A stretch of DNA of 64,000 nt from assembly GCA_020436085.1 (NCBI GenBank), contig JAGQYM010000015.1, positions 3,190 through 67,189 on the forward strand, in the 5' to 3' direction. This DNA comes from Cyclobacteriaceae bacterium. Its GTDB lineage: Bacteria > Bacteroidota > Bacteroidia > Cytophagales > Cyclobacteriaceae. The notes beneath the pieces were generated by a model. The model saw nothing but the letters and a program-made list of their open reading frames with translations. It did no database searches and was not told the origin of the DNA. Made by a program: the position numbers and the translations under genes. Below, one piece after another: positions 61,021-64,000 of the stretch; position 1 is the stretch's first letter, and each line of letters begins with the position of its first letter.

Positions 61021-61335
61021 ATAAATCACGGTAGTGTACAGGAAAGTCGCGGTCGTATTCGAATAAGTAACGGTCGTATAAGCACAAGTCACGGACATAA
61101 ACGGATAAGTCACGGTCGTGTAAGCAAAAGTCACGGTCGTATGCGGGTAAGTAACGGTCGTATAAGCACAAGTCACGGACATAAACGGATAAGTCACGGT
61201 CGTGTAAGCAAAAGTCACGGTCGTATACGGATAAGTCGTGGTCGTGTAAGCAAAAGTCACGGTAGTATGCGGGTAAGTCATGGTAGTATACGGGTAAGTC
61301 ATGGTCGTGAGCGGGGAAGTTGCGGTAGTGTATGG
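61021..61335. repeat. Tandem array of 15 x 21-bp units with an internal 84-bp duplication
   Basis: Consensus RNAAGTCACGGTCGTRTAMGS. Units 3-6 (61063-61146) match units 7-10 (61147-61230) at 82/84 nt. Confidence 0.95.
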
Positions 61336-61556
61336 GTAAGGTGGCTGTGCAAGGGCATTAGCTATGTTCGTGTCTGTTTAAGCAGCGAAAAAAATGGGTG
61401 TCGTTGGCAAGTTGAGCTCGTTTATCCATTGGGTAATGGCTAGATTTAGGCAGGGTTTAGGGTCTATTGAGTTTTGAGTTGCGGTAGTGTAATCTGAATC
61501 AACTAAATTCAATAGCACTTTGTGACATAACCCACTCCCATTTCCTATTGCCAAAA

Positions 61557-62013
61557 ATGAATACAAAACTCACCATCGTTCGATTTGTGAACGTCATAAT
61601 TGTGTCTGCACTGGCTGGCGTTAGTCTCGGCATTTGGATTGGCTTCAACCCTATGAGCCTATCCCAGGAAACCTATGTAGAACAGCAGCAAAACATGCTT
61701 CAGTCCCTTAGGGTACTAATGGTTGCGCTTGTTTTTCTGGCTACCATTATCACCATCATTGCAGCGCTTGTGGAAAGAAAAAACAAGTCACGAGGCATTG
61801 TCTTGGGTCTTGCGAGCCTTTTTCTCATTGGCTGTATCGTGATCACAAGATTTGGTAACAAACCCATTGACGATATTGTACTCACCTGGACCTCTGAGTC
61901 CATTCCTTCCAATTGGCAGGAGCTGAGGGATCGCTGGTGGTCACTTCACATCGCACGGACATTCACGGAAATCGTTGCACTCTTCCTGATCACCTGGACA
62001 AACATCAAAAAGA

Positions 62014-62024
<11 letters not shown>
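61557..62024 (+). CDS. DUF1772 / anthrone oxygenase-like membrane protein
   Basis: Four hydrophobic segments, TRFGNKPIDD, PSNWQELRDRWWSLHIART. Confidence 0.82.
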
Positions 62025-63532
<1,508 letters not shown>

Positions 63533-63588
63533 TCCAGACATTAGGACGACTAAAAGTAGTTTTGACGGTTAAGGGGAGATGGAGAAGG

Positions 63589-63749
63589 AATGAAGCCTTT
63601 AGCGAATTGGGATTGACTTCCATCACCATCCTTTTTCCACCGACAAGAACCCGAATCCAGGGCTCACACGACTGGGGTTTACGGAGGAAGGCAAATTGAT
63701 TATTGCAGGCGAAGAGTTTATCAGGTTTAGGTTGGAGAGTAGGCAATAG
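63589..63749 (+). pseudogene. 5'-truncated, frameshifted remnant of a probable GNAT acetyltransferase
   Basis: One frame reads NEAFSELGLTSITILFPPTRTRIQG. After the GGG run at 63660-63662 the next frame reads LTRLGFTEEGKLIIAGEEFIRFRLESRQ*. Confidence 0.5.
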
Positions 63750-63861
63750 GAACTTTGGTTCGTAGCGGTTGGATAATCAACGTTTGCAGATTTCTTGTTA
63801 GATTGATTGGGCGATTTGCAGGTTGAAGCCAATTGATCGGTAAGTCGCAAGCCACATTTAC

Positions 63862-64000
63862 ATGAAACAAAAATCAATCGATCCGTTCTTTCCGGCCATG
63901 GCATTACTCATGCTGGTCATTGTGTTGTGGGGGTTTGGTCCGAGTTTCTTTTTCAGAGACACCTCTTCAGATGCAGGTGGATTTGGTCCTGACGGTTTGC
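63862..64000 (+). CDS. Membrane protein, 3'-truncated by the window edge
   Basis: MKQKSIDPFFPAMALLMLVIVLWGFGPSFFFR..., open to the window end. Confidence 0.6.
   Translation, partial: MKQKSIDPFFPAMALLMLVIVLWGFGPSFFFRDTSSDAGGFGPDGL

Noticed and set aside
61021-61335. CRISPR array
   Set aside because: Units are head-to-tail 21-mers with no unique spacers, and there are no cas genes in the window.
60982-61443. Plus-strand 153-aa SHGR-repeat ORF as a real gene
   Set aside because: Variation falls in first/second codon positions while third positions are fixed. Openness is explained by the stop-free repeat unit.

Overview
A 64-kb chromosomal window from a Bacteroidota genome, most likely Cytophagales, judged from the SusC/SusD pair, TAnnTTTG promoter boxes, no evident Shine-Dalgarno motifs, and IcmF. 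It is gene-dense (about 55 CDS). I found no rRNA, tRNA, CRISPR array, integrase or transposase. In order it carries: the end of a SusC/SusD locus followed by two phosphatase-type enzymes; an ECF sigma with a small TM protein; an orphan ABC permease; a propeller/Y_Y_Y kinase with a NarL regulator; a metzincin protease; an operon of a DSDHY-repeat protein, a LytS-like kinase, a LytS-like pseudokinase and a LytTR regulator; three tandem amidohydrolase-fold genes, only one with metal ligands; housekeeping genes (TrmH-family MTase, typA, guaA, hutI, apt, mlaEFD, icmF); a low-GC islet with a stand-alone HEPN-motif gene and a frameshifted gene; a sulfatase/amidohydrolase/Tat-PLP enzyme cluster; a VapC-type toxin-antitoxin pair; a stand-alone paralog of the IF2 N-terminus; a 15 x 21-bp tandem array; and a probable GNAT pseudogene remnant. 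The strongest leads are the IF2-N-like protein with an amphipathic tail, the kinase/pseudokinase/repeat-protein module with a LytTR-type direct repeat, the 1-active/2-inactive amidohydrolase trio, the HEPN islet, the 21-bp array, and a recurrent -7 box + 4 nt + ATG (probably leaderless) start. All family calls are from motif recognition by eye; no database searches were run.
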